A DNA stretch of 64,000 nt, from positions 1,349 to 65,348 of the forward strand of contig JAFQPM010000021.1 in the NCBI GenBank assembly GCA_017411745.1, read 5' to 3'. Both the position numbers and the translations under genes were made by a program. Shown in pieces: positions 18,628-28,273 of the stretch (position 1 is its first letter; every line of letters begins with the position of its first letter). This DNA is from Clostridia bacterium. GTDB taxonomy: Bacteria > Bacillota > Clostridia > Oscillospirales > CAG-272. The notes under the pieces were generated by a model that was given only the letters and a program-made list of their open reading frames with translations, did not search any database and had not been told where the DNA came from.

Positions 18628-20140
18628 TATTCTTCTCTCCCATATGCTTTATCATTATTAACTTTTCATATAACTCTGGATTATCTATTACAATAATTTT
18701 AAGCTCATTAATCGCGCGAGTCACAATTTGATATAGCATTCCCTTTAAACTATAATAAGTTACTCTACCTATCAATCTGTTCTTATCGTTATATGAAAAA
18801 ACAGAATCCATTGCAAATACAACGCGCTCAAATTCTTGTCCTATAACCCCGTGTGCCTTTAACTCACAAATTCCTGAAAGAGAATCAACAGGTTCGGATG
18901 AATATTGCGAAGCAGTAAATGTAATTGCTTTCCACTCACCTGTAGAATCCAGATATTTCATATAATCATGAGCATCTTGGACATTGCTAAAGTAATCTAT
19001 AGTTATGCCCTCATAATCCATATTATCATTACTGCTGCCAATAGCTAACATATTATTTATGAATGAAGCCATTTTCTTATTTGTACGTATTTTGGTGCTA
19101 AGTTTGCGCAATGGTGAAACATCATCAGGATATTTTTCAATTAGGTATTTATTAATATCTTTTGCCTCACTATCCCTTAAATATTGCTTGGGATCATATG
19201 AAAATAATATTATAATCTTTTTCCCTACCGTATAGTTGACAAGAGAATCTAATTGATGCTTTCTCATACGGTGCGCTTCATCGACGACAATTAAATCTGG
19301 TTCTTCAATAACGGGATCTAGTTTTGATGCTTTAAGTACTCTGACAGATTTAATATTCCAATTATATTTCGTATTTAATTCTAGTTGCCCTTCATTTAAT
19401 GTTGCGCAATGCAAAATCAGTACTGACTTTCCTTCCTTTTGCATTGTTTTGGCAATGTCATATGTGAGCAAAGTTTTTCCTGTTCCGGCATCTGCAGAAA
19501 TACAAAAAAACAAATACTCTTTCTTATCTATAGAGTCAATTATTTCTTTCTTTTTCTTTGCTTGATCAGTAGTCAAGAAATATTCACCTGATATGAAACG
19601 CTCTACTTTGTTGAATGGAGAAACCAGATAGTTTGATGGTCTAAATAGTTTCTCAGGATCTACATCAAAATCTACTTTTTGTTTTAGAAGAGTAATTACA
19701 ACAACTCGAGTATCAATAGACTGAACACAATCTTCCTTAGCATCAAAACAATAAAAGCCATCATCTTCTATGTATGTAAATACTTTTACTTCCTTTTCAA
19801 GGAATTTTAGATAATAATGTTGCTTTTTCATCTGTGTGTAGATGGTATCGATTTTTCTGCTCTCAGGGAGCTTTCCTTTCATCTCGATATTAACAATATA
19901 TTCTGTACCAAATCTAAGCAAATCAAATTCATTTGCAATTTGTGGTATAGAAAACCCAACATAATACCCATCTAAAATTTGAAGTGGTTTAGTTGTACGG
20001 CTTACTAATAGATCACACATTTTCTTCAAAGATATGACCTCATTTTTCTTTAATTTTAATTGCGAGTTATCAATTATAATTTTACCATCATAGTGAGCCT
20101 CATGAGTCTGGCAAACCGAAGGCAGATATTGTGCTTTCAT
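18566..20140 (-). CDS. DUF2075-type (Schlafen group 3-like) DNA/RNA helicase with an N-terminal nuclease-like domain
   Basis: EFDLLR..NIEMK (PD-D/ExK-like), AGTGKT, VVDEAHR, IGQEFE, IVTRA. Confidence 0.75.
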   Translation of the reverse strand: MKAQYLPSVCQTHEAHYDGKIIIDNSQLKLKKNEVISLKKMCDLLVSRTTKPLQILDGYYVGFSIPQIANEFDLLRFGTEYIVNIEMKGKLPESRKIDTIYTQMKKQHYYLKFLEKEVKVFTYIEDDGFYCFDAKEDCVQSIDTRVVVITLLKQKVDFDVDPEKLFRPSNYLVSPFNKVERFISGEYFLTTDQAKKKKEIIDSIDKKEYLFFCISADAGTGKTLLTYDIAKTMQKEGKSVLILHCATLNEGQLELNTKYNWNIKSVRVLKASKLDPVIEEPDLIVVDEAHRMRKHQLDSLVNYTVGKKIIILFSYDPKQYLRDSEAKDINKYLIEKYPDDVSPLRKLSTKIRTNKKMASFINNMLAIGSSNDNMDYEGITIDYFSNVQDAHDYMKYLDSTGEWKAITFTASQYSSEPVDSLSGICELKAHGVIGQEFERVVFAMDSVFSYNDKNRLIGRVTYYSLKGMLYQIVTRAINELKIIVIDNPELYEKLIMIKHMGEKNNGEGTSARSDISGREDGDCD

Positions 20141-20538
20141 TTATTCTCCTTTTGGGCTTGTATGAGCTTTATTTTTTTAATTACTTCTTCATCCGCCGGG
20201 CAGAACTCGTAGTTTGATATCTCGGTCGGTGTGATCCATTGAATATCGTTATGTTCGAGTTTTTGCGGTTCACCCTCGGCAATGGTGGCGTTAAACAATG
20301 TCAAATGTACCGTCAAATCGGGATATTCATAGATGACATCCATAAATACGTCACCAACGGACAGCGTCACGGCCAGTTCTTCCTGACATTCGCGGATAAG
20401 GGCTTGCTCCTTTGTTTCGCCCAGTTCTACTTTACCACCAACGAATTCCCAAAGGAGTCCTCTCGTCTTGTGTGCAGGGCGTTGGCAGATCATAAATCTA
20501 TTGTTTTTCCATATAAGAGCTGCAACAACTTCGATCAT
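20137..20538 (-). CDS. MutT/NUDIX nucleoside triphosphate pyrophosphohydrolase
   Basis: WEFVGGKVELGETKEQALIRECQEEL Nudix box. Confidence 0.9.
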   Translation of the reverse strand: MIEVVAALIWKNNRFMICQRPAHKTRGLLWEFVGGKVELGETKEQALIRECQEELAVTLSVGDVFMDVIYEYPDLTVHLTLFNATIAEGEPQKLEHNDIQWITPTEISNYEFCPADEEVIKKIKLIQAQKENK

Positions 20539-20548
20539 TTTGCTTTCC

Positions 20549-21304
20549 TTATTTACTTGATATTATAGCTTTCTGTTGCTCTGTAATAACATCTACAAGT
20601 TCAACATATTCTAATGCATCTAACATACTAACACTTGCATAGCAACTTATATTAGATGGGACCTTACTTCTGAATTTATCACTCTTGAAAAGAGAGCTTT
20701 TATTATTATTAATAATTCCCTGAACAAATGCACGTAATATTGCAGGATTTTTACTCATTGTTCGTTCTAATATTGCTTTTACAGGATCTACGAATTCAAA
20801 GGCAGTGTGTGTTATTTCGAAATCGTCTTCAGATTCAAGGCGATCCACCATTACCCATAAAAAAAGCAATCCTGTACGAGATATTTCGCCCGCATTGAAA
20901 TAAAACTGTTTTATCTTGTTCTCAGTAAGTTTTTCATCATCTTTCAAACGTAATTCTTTAACGATATTCTTAAAAGACGTCATCGAAAGATATGCCCACA
21001 CCTCTTTTTCATAAAAGAGGTTCCTCGGTATATCTATTGATTCGTGCTTCAAATCTTTATGTAACTGCATACCAACCTTTGAAAACTTTGTATATCCAAA
21101 AACATTTTCGTTCAAGATATCTTCATATTTTTCAAAATCTATGTTTAATTCAATTTCTTGACCGTTAATGATGATTGGCTCCGCATAGGAATTGATAACA
21201 TCATCAGAAAAAGCTACACTTCCAGATTGATTAAACTGACACAGAACAATATCTCTAAGATCATCATATTTATCTTTTTTAATTCTACAAAGTTTGATGT
21301 TCAT
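20549..21304 (-). CDS. DUF6339-like protein (possible Azaca ZacC)
   Basis: EVWAYLS..FY..SRTGLLFLW pattern; last gene of the trio. Confidence 0.45.
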   Translation of the reverse strand: MNIKLCRIKKDKYDDLRDIVLCQFNQSGSVAFSDDVINSYAEPIIINGQEIELNIDFEKYEDILNENVFGYTKFSKVGMQLHKDLKHESIDIPRNLFYEKEVWAYLSMTSFKNIVKELRLKDDEKLTENKIKQFYFNAGEISRTGLLFLWVMVDRLESEDDFEITHTAFEFVDPVKAILERTMSKNPAILRAFVQGIINNNKSSLFKSDKFRSKVPSNISCYASVSMLDALEYVELVDVITEQQKAIISSK

Positions 21305-22170
21305 TATCTGTCCCCCATCTTGCTAACGTTTATCACAGAAGTTTCGAGAGAATTGCTGATCATAAGTTGAGCCATTTCAAAAACATACGCCATATCTACC
21401 GATTCGTCATATGCTTTTTCTATAAAATCTTCAAGGGTTTCTCCCGTTGACAAAAAAGCTTGTGAAAAAAGACGATACCATTCTTTTTGGCTATAATCTT
21501 CCCTCTTTTGTGCTATTTCAGTCAAAGTATAGACTATTGCCTCAAAGACAATATGGCTGTTTAATATTGGAGCAACCATAGGCGCATATCGTTGCCCTTT
21601 GATAGTTGCATAAGCATGCTTAAATTCATTTCCGACCAAAACCTCTATATGATTATCATTATTAAGGCGTATCTTCAAACCATAACCATCTCGCTCAGCA
21701 GAACTTGTAATTTTAATAAAATCATTATTCGTTGTATTATAATTTAGCTTCTCGTCATTGGAAATGGCCAAAACATCACCTTTTCTAAGATTTATACTAT
21801 AGTCTTGACCAAAATAATCTTTTATTTCTTCATTTGTTTCCAAAGAAAAAGGTTTTTTTACCAATACAAACGCTGTGAGTTTAATTGTATCATTAGCCCT
21901 AACATTTTCACCATCGATTTCTATTTCAATTTTTTCATTAAACTCTTTTTTAAAAATCATAGAGCGAATATCTGATATAGCTTTAACAACAAATTCTGCA
22001 TTGCCACAACTAAGTTGTTCTATCAGATATGAAGAATTCAGATCAACAGTTATATGTAATTTAACTTTGTTGTCAAGGCATTCATATTTGCTGAACTCAA
22101 TATTAAAATGAATGTTATCTATATAAGATGAGTCTATATCCGTAAGTACGGGGTATGGATATCCGTTCAT
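21304..22170 (-). CDS. Hypothetical YPYPVL-start protein (possible Azaca ZacB)
   Basis: MNGYPYPVL N-terminus; abuts or overlaps both neighbours. Confidence 0.45.
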   Translation of the reverse strand: MNGYPYPVLTDIDSSYIDNIHFNIEFSKYECLDNKVKLHITVDLNSSYLIEQLSCGNAEFVVKAISDIRSMIFKKEFNEKIEIEIDGENVRANDTIKLTAFVLVKKPFSLETNEEIKDYFGQDYSINLRKGDVLAISNDEKLNYNTTNNDFIKITSSAERDGYGLKIRLNNDNHIEVLVGNEFKHAYATIKGQRYAPMVAPILNSHIVFEAIVYTLTEIAQKREDYSQKEWYRLFSQAFLSTGETLEDFIEKAYDESVDMAYVFEMAQLMISNSLETSVINVSKMGDR

Positions 22171-24027
22171 TTATGCCTCCTTATACCACAGTTCTGTTGT
22201 TAGTCTGTATCGTATCTCTCTGCTAGTTTTAATTTGAAGTTCATACACTTCGTTTTTGTTTAGCTTGATTTTCGAAATGCAACCATCTACAACCTTGTAT
22301 TTTTTCTTGTTGTCGTATGCAGAAACCAATATATCTGCAATGGAATTATCTACTTTTTCGTCAGAGTTTATTGAATGTATACGGAACTCACAATCTTTCA
22401 TATCGTGCTTTACTTGAACACGCAACAAATACCCTTCTTCGTTTTTAAGCAAAACAGGTGCAAGAGCGTATGTATTGTACATTTTCTCTGTTTTTACTTT
22501 TCTCTTCTTAGGTTCAGTAGATGGAGTGGGTTCTGATGGCGTAGGTGTAGTGGGAGTTTGGGGATTGGGTGCATTAGGTTCTCTTTTCTTTTTCTTGTTA
22601 ACCTTGTTTCGCCTTACACTGGTTCTGGGATCTTTTTTTGTGATTTTGGGAGTAAACCCAGGAATAGCCAACATATCATAGAGCCCATCTATTGTTTGAT
22701 CTTCGCCATCATCAATCTTAGTATTGTTTACAATGTATTCTTCAATCGATTCCTTGACAAGCCTCAATGCCTTCAATGCATCGGGATTTAAATCCATATC
22801 ATCATCTGATGTTACAAATGTATCGTGAGCAGCATTTTCCAATTCAGACAAAAGCGTATTAATATTCTCGCCTTTAATCACAGCAATAGCAGAAAACGCC
22901 TTATCAGCTTTATTTATTCTGTATTCACAGATTTTCATTCCATGCTCTCGAATCACAGTATAGTATTTTCTGTTCATCTCACTGCTGTCTTGAAAATACA
23001 AATCAATATGGCCAATAAGCTCGCCATCCTTCTTAACAGGAATTGATTGAGGCTCTGTAGAGTAAATCTTGAGCAAATCGTTCAATGAGTTATGTAAAGC
23101 ATCTGTAGGATTATACCATTTGGCAAAAGCCTTTTCAACACTATTCTCATTTGCATCAATTTTTTCGCCAAAAATATTCACTTTTAAAGTTCCTTCTTTT
23201 ATTGCTACGAAAAAATTCTCAAGTATGGAACTAATAATCGTTTGCTTAATCTTTTCTTCTGAGTCATAGGCATTTACGCCAACCATAATAACATCTGTTC
23301 CAAACCGGTCTTTTCTAACAAAATAGGGATTAAGTTCATTTGTTTCTTGGTTTGAAACAGGAAGAATCCTATTCTTAGGCGAGTTGTCCTGCTCGTTGAT
23401 TTTTCCAAACCATCCCTTAGGGCTTTTTCTATTACCGTTCTCGTCATCCCAGTTAATCAAGGTGGTTTTTCCTTGAACAAGCATATCACTATGTTCTGTT
23501 TCTTCGACCATATATTTATTTTTTGTTGCGTAAAAAACAGTATTACAGGTACTGATAATAAAAGGAACTTTTTTACCAACTCCGTGACTTCCAGCGGAGC
23601 CCGGGCGCTGTTTTACTGAAACACCTTCGTCAAAAACAAATGCTCCCCAAGCCTTATCTCTTCCGGTTTCAACACCTTTGGTATTATAATCTGAAACTTT
23701 CAAACAATAAACAAACATTTTGTCGAGGATTTCTATTCCTTTATTATATGCTTGTTTTGTCTGTCTATTGGTTGCTTTTTTGGCGCAGTTTGTAAGGACA
23801 TCTCTTATGTATTCACCACCAGGTATATCTTGCAGTGTTAAGTCCTTATTTAGATCAAAAACTACTTCCACAGGTTTATTATAATCGTCACGCGCGTCAA
23901 GCGAGTTTTGAATTATTTCTCTTGAAAAGGACGTCCATTTATCCATACCAAATTTTGAGTCAGCAAATTTATCAACTAATTCATCGGATGGACTCAATTC
24001 ATCATTAAAATACCAACGATAAGCCAT
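22171..24027 (-). CDS. GHKL/MORC-like ATPase (possible Azaca ZacA)
   Basis: REIIQNSLDA (N box), VSDYNTKG (G1), GSAGSHGVGK (G2). Confidence 0.65.
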   Translation of the reverse strand: MAYRWYFNDELSPSDELVDKFADSKFGMDKWTSFSREIIQNSLDARDDYNKPVEVVFDLNKDLTLQDIPGGEYIRDVLTNCAKKATNRQTKQAYNKGIEILDKMFVYCLKVSDYNTKGVETGRDKAWGAFVFDEGVSVKQRPGSAGSHGVGKKVPFIISTCNTVFYATKNKYMVEETEHSDMLVQGKTTLINWDDENGNRKSPKGWFGKINEQDNSPKNRILPVSNQETNELNPYFVRKDRFGTDVIMVGVNAYDSEEKIKQTIISSILENFFVAIKEGTLKVNIFGEKIDANENSVEKAFAKWYNPTDALHNSLNDLLKIYSTEPQSIPVKKDGELIGHIDLYFQDSSEMNRKYYTVIREHGMKICEYRINKADKAFSAIAVIKGENINTLLSELENAAHDTFVTSDDDMDLNPDALKALRLVKESIEEYIVNNTKIDDGEDQTIDGLYDMLAIPGFTPKITKKDPRTSVRRNKVNKKKKREPNAPNPQTPTTPTPSEPTPSTEPKKRKVKTEKMYNTYALAPVLLKNEEGYLLRVQVKHDMKDCEFRIHSINSDEKVDNSIADILVSAYDNKKKYKVVDGCISKIKLNKNEVYELQIKTSREIRYRLTTELWYKEA

Positions 24028-24035
24028 ATGGCACC

Positions 24036-24260
24036 TCACAATTTAAATTTTGTGTTTTTCTGAGAAGAGCTATAAGTTCTTTCAAGATCTGCAACCGCAG
24101 TCTTTAGAGTTTTAATAATTTTAGCGGCATCCGCCTCGGTGTATTCGTAGTTGCTAGTGTTTGCAAGATTACCCAGAAGGCTAATACCCTTAAGAACATT
24201 CTCCATTCTTTTTTCAGTTAGTCTAACAAATTTATCTCTCTTAGTTTCGTTATTACTCAT
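24036..24260 (-). CDS. Small helical protein leading the defence operon
   Basis: GGAGG RBS; KRDKFVRLTEKRMENVL..LGNLANTSNYEYT. Confidence 0.65.
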   Translation of the reverse strand: MSNNETKRDKFVRLTEKRMENVLKGISLLGNLANTSNYEYTEADAAKIIKTLKTAVADLERTYSSSQKNTKFKL

Positions 24261-24284
24261 ATAGAAACACCTCCCTTTTTTTAC

Positions 24285-24446
24285 AGTATACAACATTTTT
24301 TGAATATTGTCAATATGTTTTGCAAATTTTTTCAACATATTTTTACAATATTTTCAAAATGTAGAGAACGGGTGAGAAGCCAAAAGCAAATAAATTGTAA
24401 AATTCTCACCTTCCCCGTTGACAAATGGACAAAAATCATGTATAAT
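24285..24446. promoter_or_regulatory. Divergent sigma-A promoters
   Basis: Minus strand TTGACA-17-TATACT (24313-24285); plus strand TTGACA-17-TATAAT (24418-24446) overlapped by an AATGGACA direct repeat. Confidence 0.7.
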
Positions 24447-24474
24447 GGACACATATCGCTTTTGGAGGGTTATT

Positions 24475-25755
24475 ATGGAGTTTTATTCAATCGCAGAAGT
24501 AGCAGAAATGTCTGGACAAAGTCAAAAAACAATACGCAGGCATATTGCTTCTGGCAAGCTTAAAGCTGATAGAGTTGGAAATAGATATCGCATTACCAAG
24601 GATCAATACGAAAAATGGTTAATATCTGATCTTGATCCCGAAAAAGATAATATCTTTAATGAAACCATTGTTGGAGAAGAAAATGGTGACTCAGTTAATT
24701 GGATAGACATAACTGATAAATGGGTTTACGATGGTTGGTCCAACACCAATTATAGAAATGGCTTTAATTTTATTGATTTGTTTTCTGGCGCTGGTGGTCT
24801 TAGTTGCGGCTTAACTATGGCAGGATTTACACCTATAGGAAGCGTGGAAATTATGCCTGAAGCGGTGTCTACTTATCGATATAACTTTGTTGAAACTAAA
24901 GGATTTGACGAGAATGTTGAAACAAGAGACATAAGAGAAGAAAATGTTAAGCAAGAATTGTATAAATCCGTTAAAGACAAACACGTGCATCTGATAGTAG
25001 GCGGCTTCCCTTGCCAAGGCTTTAGTATGGCTGGTCATCGTGTTGTTACTGACCCAAGAAACAGCTTATATCTTGAAATGCTTGAAATAGTAAAAAACAT
25101 TCAACCCGACTATGTAGTTATGGAAAATGTCGAAGGTCTTAGATCAATGTTAGATGGTAAGGTTGAAGCAAAAATTATCAGTGACTATAAGGAAGCAGGA
25201 TATGATATCAACGTAACTGTTCTTAATAGCGCAGATTATGGTGTCCCTCAGATTAGACGAAGGGTAATTTTTATTGGAAACAAACACGGTCTAACCAATT
25301 TCCATCCAAAGCCTATATACTCACCCGATAATTATGTCACTTTAGGTGAGGGCATAAAAAGATTTATGGCTATTCCCGAAAACAAACAAGTTAATCACAT
25401 CTTCACAAGGCATTCTGAAAAAATGATAGCACAAATGGAAGCTCTTCCCGAAGGTCAAAGTCTCTATGGAAATTATTCTGATGCTTGGAAAAAATCTCCC
25501 TGGGACAAGCCTTCTTGTACAGTCAAAGAAAATCATGGTGGTGTAAATATTCATCCCAAGCTTCCTAGAGTTTTGACCCCCAGAGAATTAGCTGCTCTTC
25601 AGTCATTTCCTGACGACTTTATTTTCCAAGGTTCTAAGAAGTGGCAACTTGTTCAAATTGGAAATGCAGTTCCCGCTTTGCTTGGAAAAGCAATCGGTGT
25701 AGCTGTTATGAAGGGCTTACAACAAATTGATGAAGATATCGAAAACAAAGGATAA
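24475..25755 (+). CDS. C5-cytosine DNA methyltransferase with an N-terminal excisionase-like HTH
   Basis: DLFSGAGG, GGFPCQGFS, MENVEG, PQIRRR, QIGNAVP. Confidence 0.95.
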   Translation: MEFYSIAEVAEMSGQSQKTIRRHIASGKLKADRVGNRYRITKDQYEKWLISDLDPEKDNIFNETIVGEENGDSVNWIDITDKWVYDGWSNTNYRNGFNFIDLFSGAGGLSCGLTMAGFTPIGSVEIMPEAVSTYRYNFVETKGFDENVETRDIREENVKQELYKSVKDKHVHLIVGGFPCQGFSMAGHRVVTDPRNSLYLEMLEIVKNIQPDYVVMENVEGLRSMLDGKVEAKIISDYKEAGYDINVTVLNSADYGVPQIRRRVIFIGNKHGLTNFHPKPIYSPDNYVTLGEGIKRFMAIPENKQVNHIFTRHSEKMIAQMEALPEGQSLYGNYSDAWKKSPWDKPSCTVKENHGGVNIHPKLPRVLTPRELAALQSFPDDFIFQGSKKWQLVQIGNAVPALLGKAIGVAVMKGLQQIDEDIENKG

Positions 25756-25760
25756 CAAGT

Positions 25761-26546
25761 ATGTCTCGCTATAATGATTTAGATATGCAAAGATGGCACG
25801 AATATGAAGACGTGCTAACTACATCGTTTTGGACCTTTCAAAGAGAAAATTCAGGTGTACATAACGCTAGCTATCATGGTAATTTTATTCCTCAAGTTCC
25901 GCGTCAACTTTTCACTAGATATACAAAAAAAGGTGACTGGATCTTAGATCCCTTTATGGGAAGTGGCACTTCATTAATAGAAGCTCAAAGAATGGGCCGC
26001 AACTCAATTGGAATAGAACTACAACCAGAAGTAGCTAAAGAAGTTGTTGGACGACTAAGACAAGAAATGAATCCTGACTGTTCAACAAATGTTTTGGTTG
26101 GAGATAGCAAAACTATTGATATAGAGAATGTCTTAAGAACCCATAACATTAAAAAATACCAATTCGTAATTTTTCATCCGCCCTACTGGGACATCATTAA
26201 GTTTTCCGAAAATGAGAACGATCTTTCTAATACAAAAACCTTGGATGAATTTTTAGATTCATTTGGGCAAGTAATAGATAACACAACTCAGCACCTTGAG
26301 AAAAACCGATACTGTGCAGTTGTAATTGGCGATAAGTATGCAAATAGTCAAATCGTTCCGCTTGGCTTTCATTGTATGAACCTTTTCCTACAACGTGGAT
26401 TTATGATGAAAGCTATTCTCGTCAAGAATTTCGATAAGACTCGTGGAAAGATGAATCAAAAAGCAATTTGGCGTTATAGAGCTCTTGCTAGTGATTTTTA
26501 CGTTTTTGACCACGAATACATCTTTATATTCAAAAAGGTGAAGTAG
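25761..26546 (+). CDS. Amino (N4-C/N6-A) DNA methyltransferase
   Basis: YHGNFIPQ, LDPFMGSGT, FHPPYW. Confidence 0.85.
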   Translation: MSRYNDLDMQRWHEYEDVLTTSFWTFQRENSGVHNASYHGNFIPQVPRQLFTRYTKKGDWILDPFMGSGTSLIEAQRMGRNSIGIELQPEVAKEVVGRLRQEMNPDCSTNVLVGDSKTIDIENVLRTHNIKKYQFVIFHPPYWDIIKFSENENDLSNTKTLDEFLDSFGQVIDNTTQHLEKNRYCAVVIGDKYANSQIVPLGFHCMNLFLQRGFMMKAILVKNFDKTRGKMNQKAIWRYRALASDFYVFDHEYIFIFKKVK

Positions 26547-26550
26547 AAAC

Positions 26551-27210
26551 CTACTTCACCTTTTCATTTATTACTCTGTTAAGTTCTTTTCTCCATTTTG
26601 ACGGATTATACCAAAAACAGCCTTCGCATCCGTTTTTATCGTCATATTTTTTGTTTCCAACATACCAAAACTCAATATCTCGATAACCGTTCGCTCTGTT
26701 CCCTGTTTTTTTGCATTCTTCGCAGTATCTTGATTTTAAAAGATTGTTTTTCTCCGTCAGGAGCATAAACTTATCTACTATCTGCTCGTCACTTAAGCCC
26801 GTATTATCATCTTCACTCCCAACCCACCTGACCTGTGGAATTCTATGGTCAAGTTCCAAATCTTTAGCTGGCTCTACGCGAAGAGTATATTCATCAACAC
26901 AACCAAACAACTTCTTTGCTCGAATGATAACATCTTCTGGAATATTAGATCTAGCTTTTATTCCAGAGAGATCTAGTTCAGTTGTTTTTAGTTTTCTGTG
27001 TATAGTTTGGGTTCCACAAGTAGGACAATTAATTTTCTTGAACCAATTACCATTTTCATCTTGATCTAATTGAATTCCCTTTTCTTGTCTCCAAACCTGC
27101 CACGTTTTAGCCTGACCACTTTTCAGCTCACATTTAGTGCAATGCCAATTGCAGTCAGACATCGTTTCAAAATCCAAATATTGATTGCTTCCTTTTTTGA
27201 AGGGGTTCAT
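26551..27210 (-). CDS. HNH-type restriction endonuclease subunit
   Basis: ELDHRIP..LLTEKNNLLKSRYCEECK..CEGCFWYNP. Confidence 0.7.
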   Translation of the reverse strand: MNPFKKGSNQYLDFETMSDCNWHCTKCELKSGQAKTWQVWRQEKGIQLDQDENGNWFKKINCPTCGTQTIHRKLKTTELDLSGIKARSNIPEDVIIRAKKLFGCVDEYTLRVEPAKDLELDHRIPQVRWVGSEDDNTGLSDEQIVDKFMLLTEKNNLLKSRYCEECKKTGNRANGYRDIEFWYVGNKKYDDKNGCEGCFWYNPSKWRKELNRVINEKVK

Positions 27211-27228
27211 TTATTCACTCCTGATCAC

Positions 27229-27831
27229 TTAATTCTTCTTTGTGAGGTGTTTCTTAAATTCCAGCGGATCATACCAATAACACCCAACGCAGGCATTTTC
27301 CTCTCCGTGATGCTCTGCACCACCTGCATAGTAAGACATAGGATATCCTAACTTTTTTGCATCATATCTTATGCCGCTTCTGCGACACTCCTTGCAGTAC
27401 TGACGTTTTGCATCATTTGCTGCCTTGCTGAGAGGCTGAAAATCTGAAAGTCTCTGATCTTCATTTCTCATTACTCGAGCCTCATTCTTCATACCATTCT
27501 TATGGTCTACTTCAGGATTTGAGGTTCCTAAAACAACACAACGTTGAGCTCTGATGACACGTTTAATTTCTGGACTAATGTTCTGGGAGAAATCGCCGTC
27601 GTTGAAACCATTCAACCGTACTCTGTCGATTCCATTTCCAGATGTGATGCTTTTATCAAATTCAACTATGTACCTTTTAGCAAGAGTAGATTCTTTTCTT
27701 GCCCAAGAAGCACCATTACCAAACTTGAGTTCTGCATACTCCCCAACAAACTCGGTAGTATTCACCCATCTGCTGACTCCATTTTCATTTGGCTGAGCAA
27801 GTTGAAGAAACAGTTCTGTTTTAGTAGCCAT
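27229..27831 (-). CDS. IceA1/NlaIII-like HNH restriction endonuclease
   Basis: LFLQLAQPNENGVSRWV..GNGASWAR; EVDHKNG..FQPLSKAANDAKRQYCKEC..CVGCYWYDP. Confidence 0.75.
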   Translation of the reverse strand: MATKTELFLQLAQPNENGVSRWVNTTEFVGEYAELKFGNGASWARKESTLAKRYIVEFDKSITSGNGIDRVRLNGFNDGDFSQNISPEIKRVIRAQRCVVLGTSNPEVDHKNGMKNEARVMRNEDQRLSDFQPLSKAANDAKRQYCKECRRSGIRYDAKKLGYPMSYYAGGAEHHGEENACVGCYWYDPLEFKKHLTKKN

Positions 27832-28004
27832 AATAGCACCTCCAAAAGCAAATCATTTATCTGTATCCTCATTGTACCACTTTTTTTGACAAAAATCAAG
27901 TACCCTATATTATTTTTTCATTTACCGATGTTGGCACAGATATATTTGATCCCCTATCAATAAAAACGCTGGTCTAGGCTTTGAACTTGAAGCTGCAAGT
28001 TCGT

Positions 28005-28047
28005 GCCACGCAATCACTCAAGCTTTGTTACGCAAGCTGCCACGCAA
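28005..28047 (+). repeat. Three GYYACGCA boxes (candidate integrase arm sites, right end)
   Basis: GCCACGCAA at 28005, GTTACGCAA at 28027, GCCACGCAA at 28039; spacing 22 and 12 bp, as at the left end. Confidence 0.6.
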
Positions 28048-28143
28048 AGCGATTTGACAAAGCAAAAGCGCGCCATCAGAATCGTCTAGATTCTGTGGCA
28101 CGCTCAGGCTTGAAGCTGTGCGATAAAGCTAAAAACAAGGTTT

Positions 28144-28216
28144 CTGGGTGTGGCGCAGCTGGTAGCGCGCTACCTTGGGGTGGTAGAGGCAGCAAGTTCG
28201 AGCTTTGTCGCTCAAA
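28144..28216 (+). tRNA. tRNA-Pro(GGG), probably degenerate/pseudo
   Basis: Perfect D arm (GCGC) and anticodon arm (CTACC-TTGGGGT-GGTAG); T arm has G53-U61, acceptor has C1-A72, no CCA. Confidence 0.7.
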
Positions 28217-28252
28217 AAAAGCATTGAAACCATTAAAGTTTCAATGCTTTTT
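28214..28252. terminator. Terminator after the tRNA remnant
   Basis: AAAAAAAGCATTGAAAC..GTTTCAATGCTTTTT. Confidence 0.65.
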
Positions 28253-28273
28253 CTCTTCCCCACACTCGTACGA

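Larger units (their letters stand above)
2712..28252. mobile_element. Integrative genomic island at tRNA-Pro(GGG), ~25.5 kb
   Basis: Matching hairpins and box triplets at both ends, tRNA remnant, integrase/resolvase/replication genes, defence cargo, visibly more AT-rich than DNA after 28.3 kb. Confidence 0.7.
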
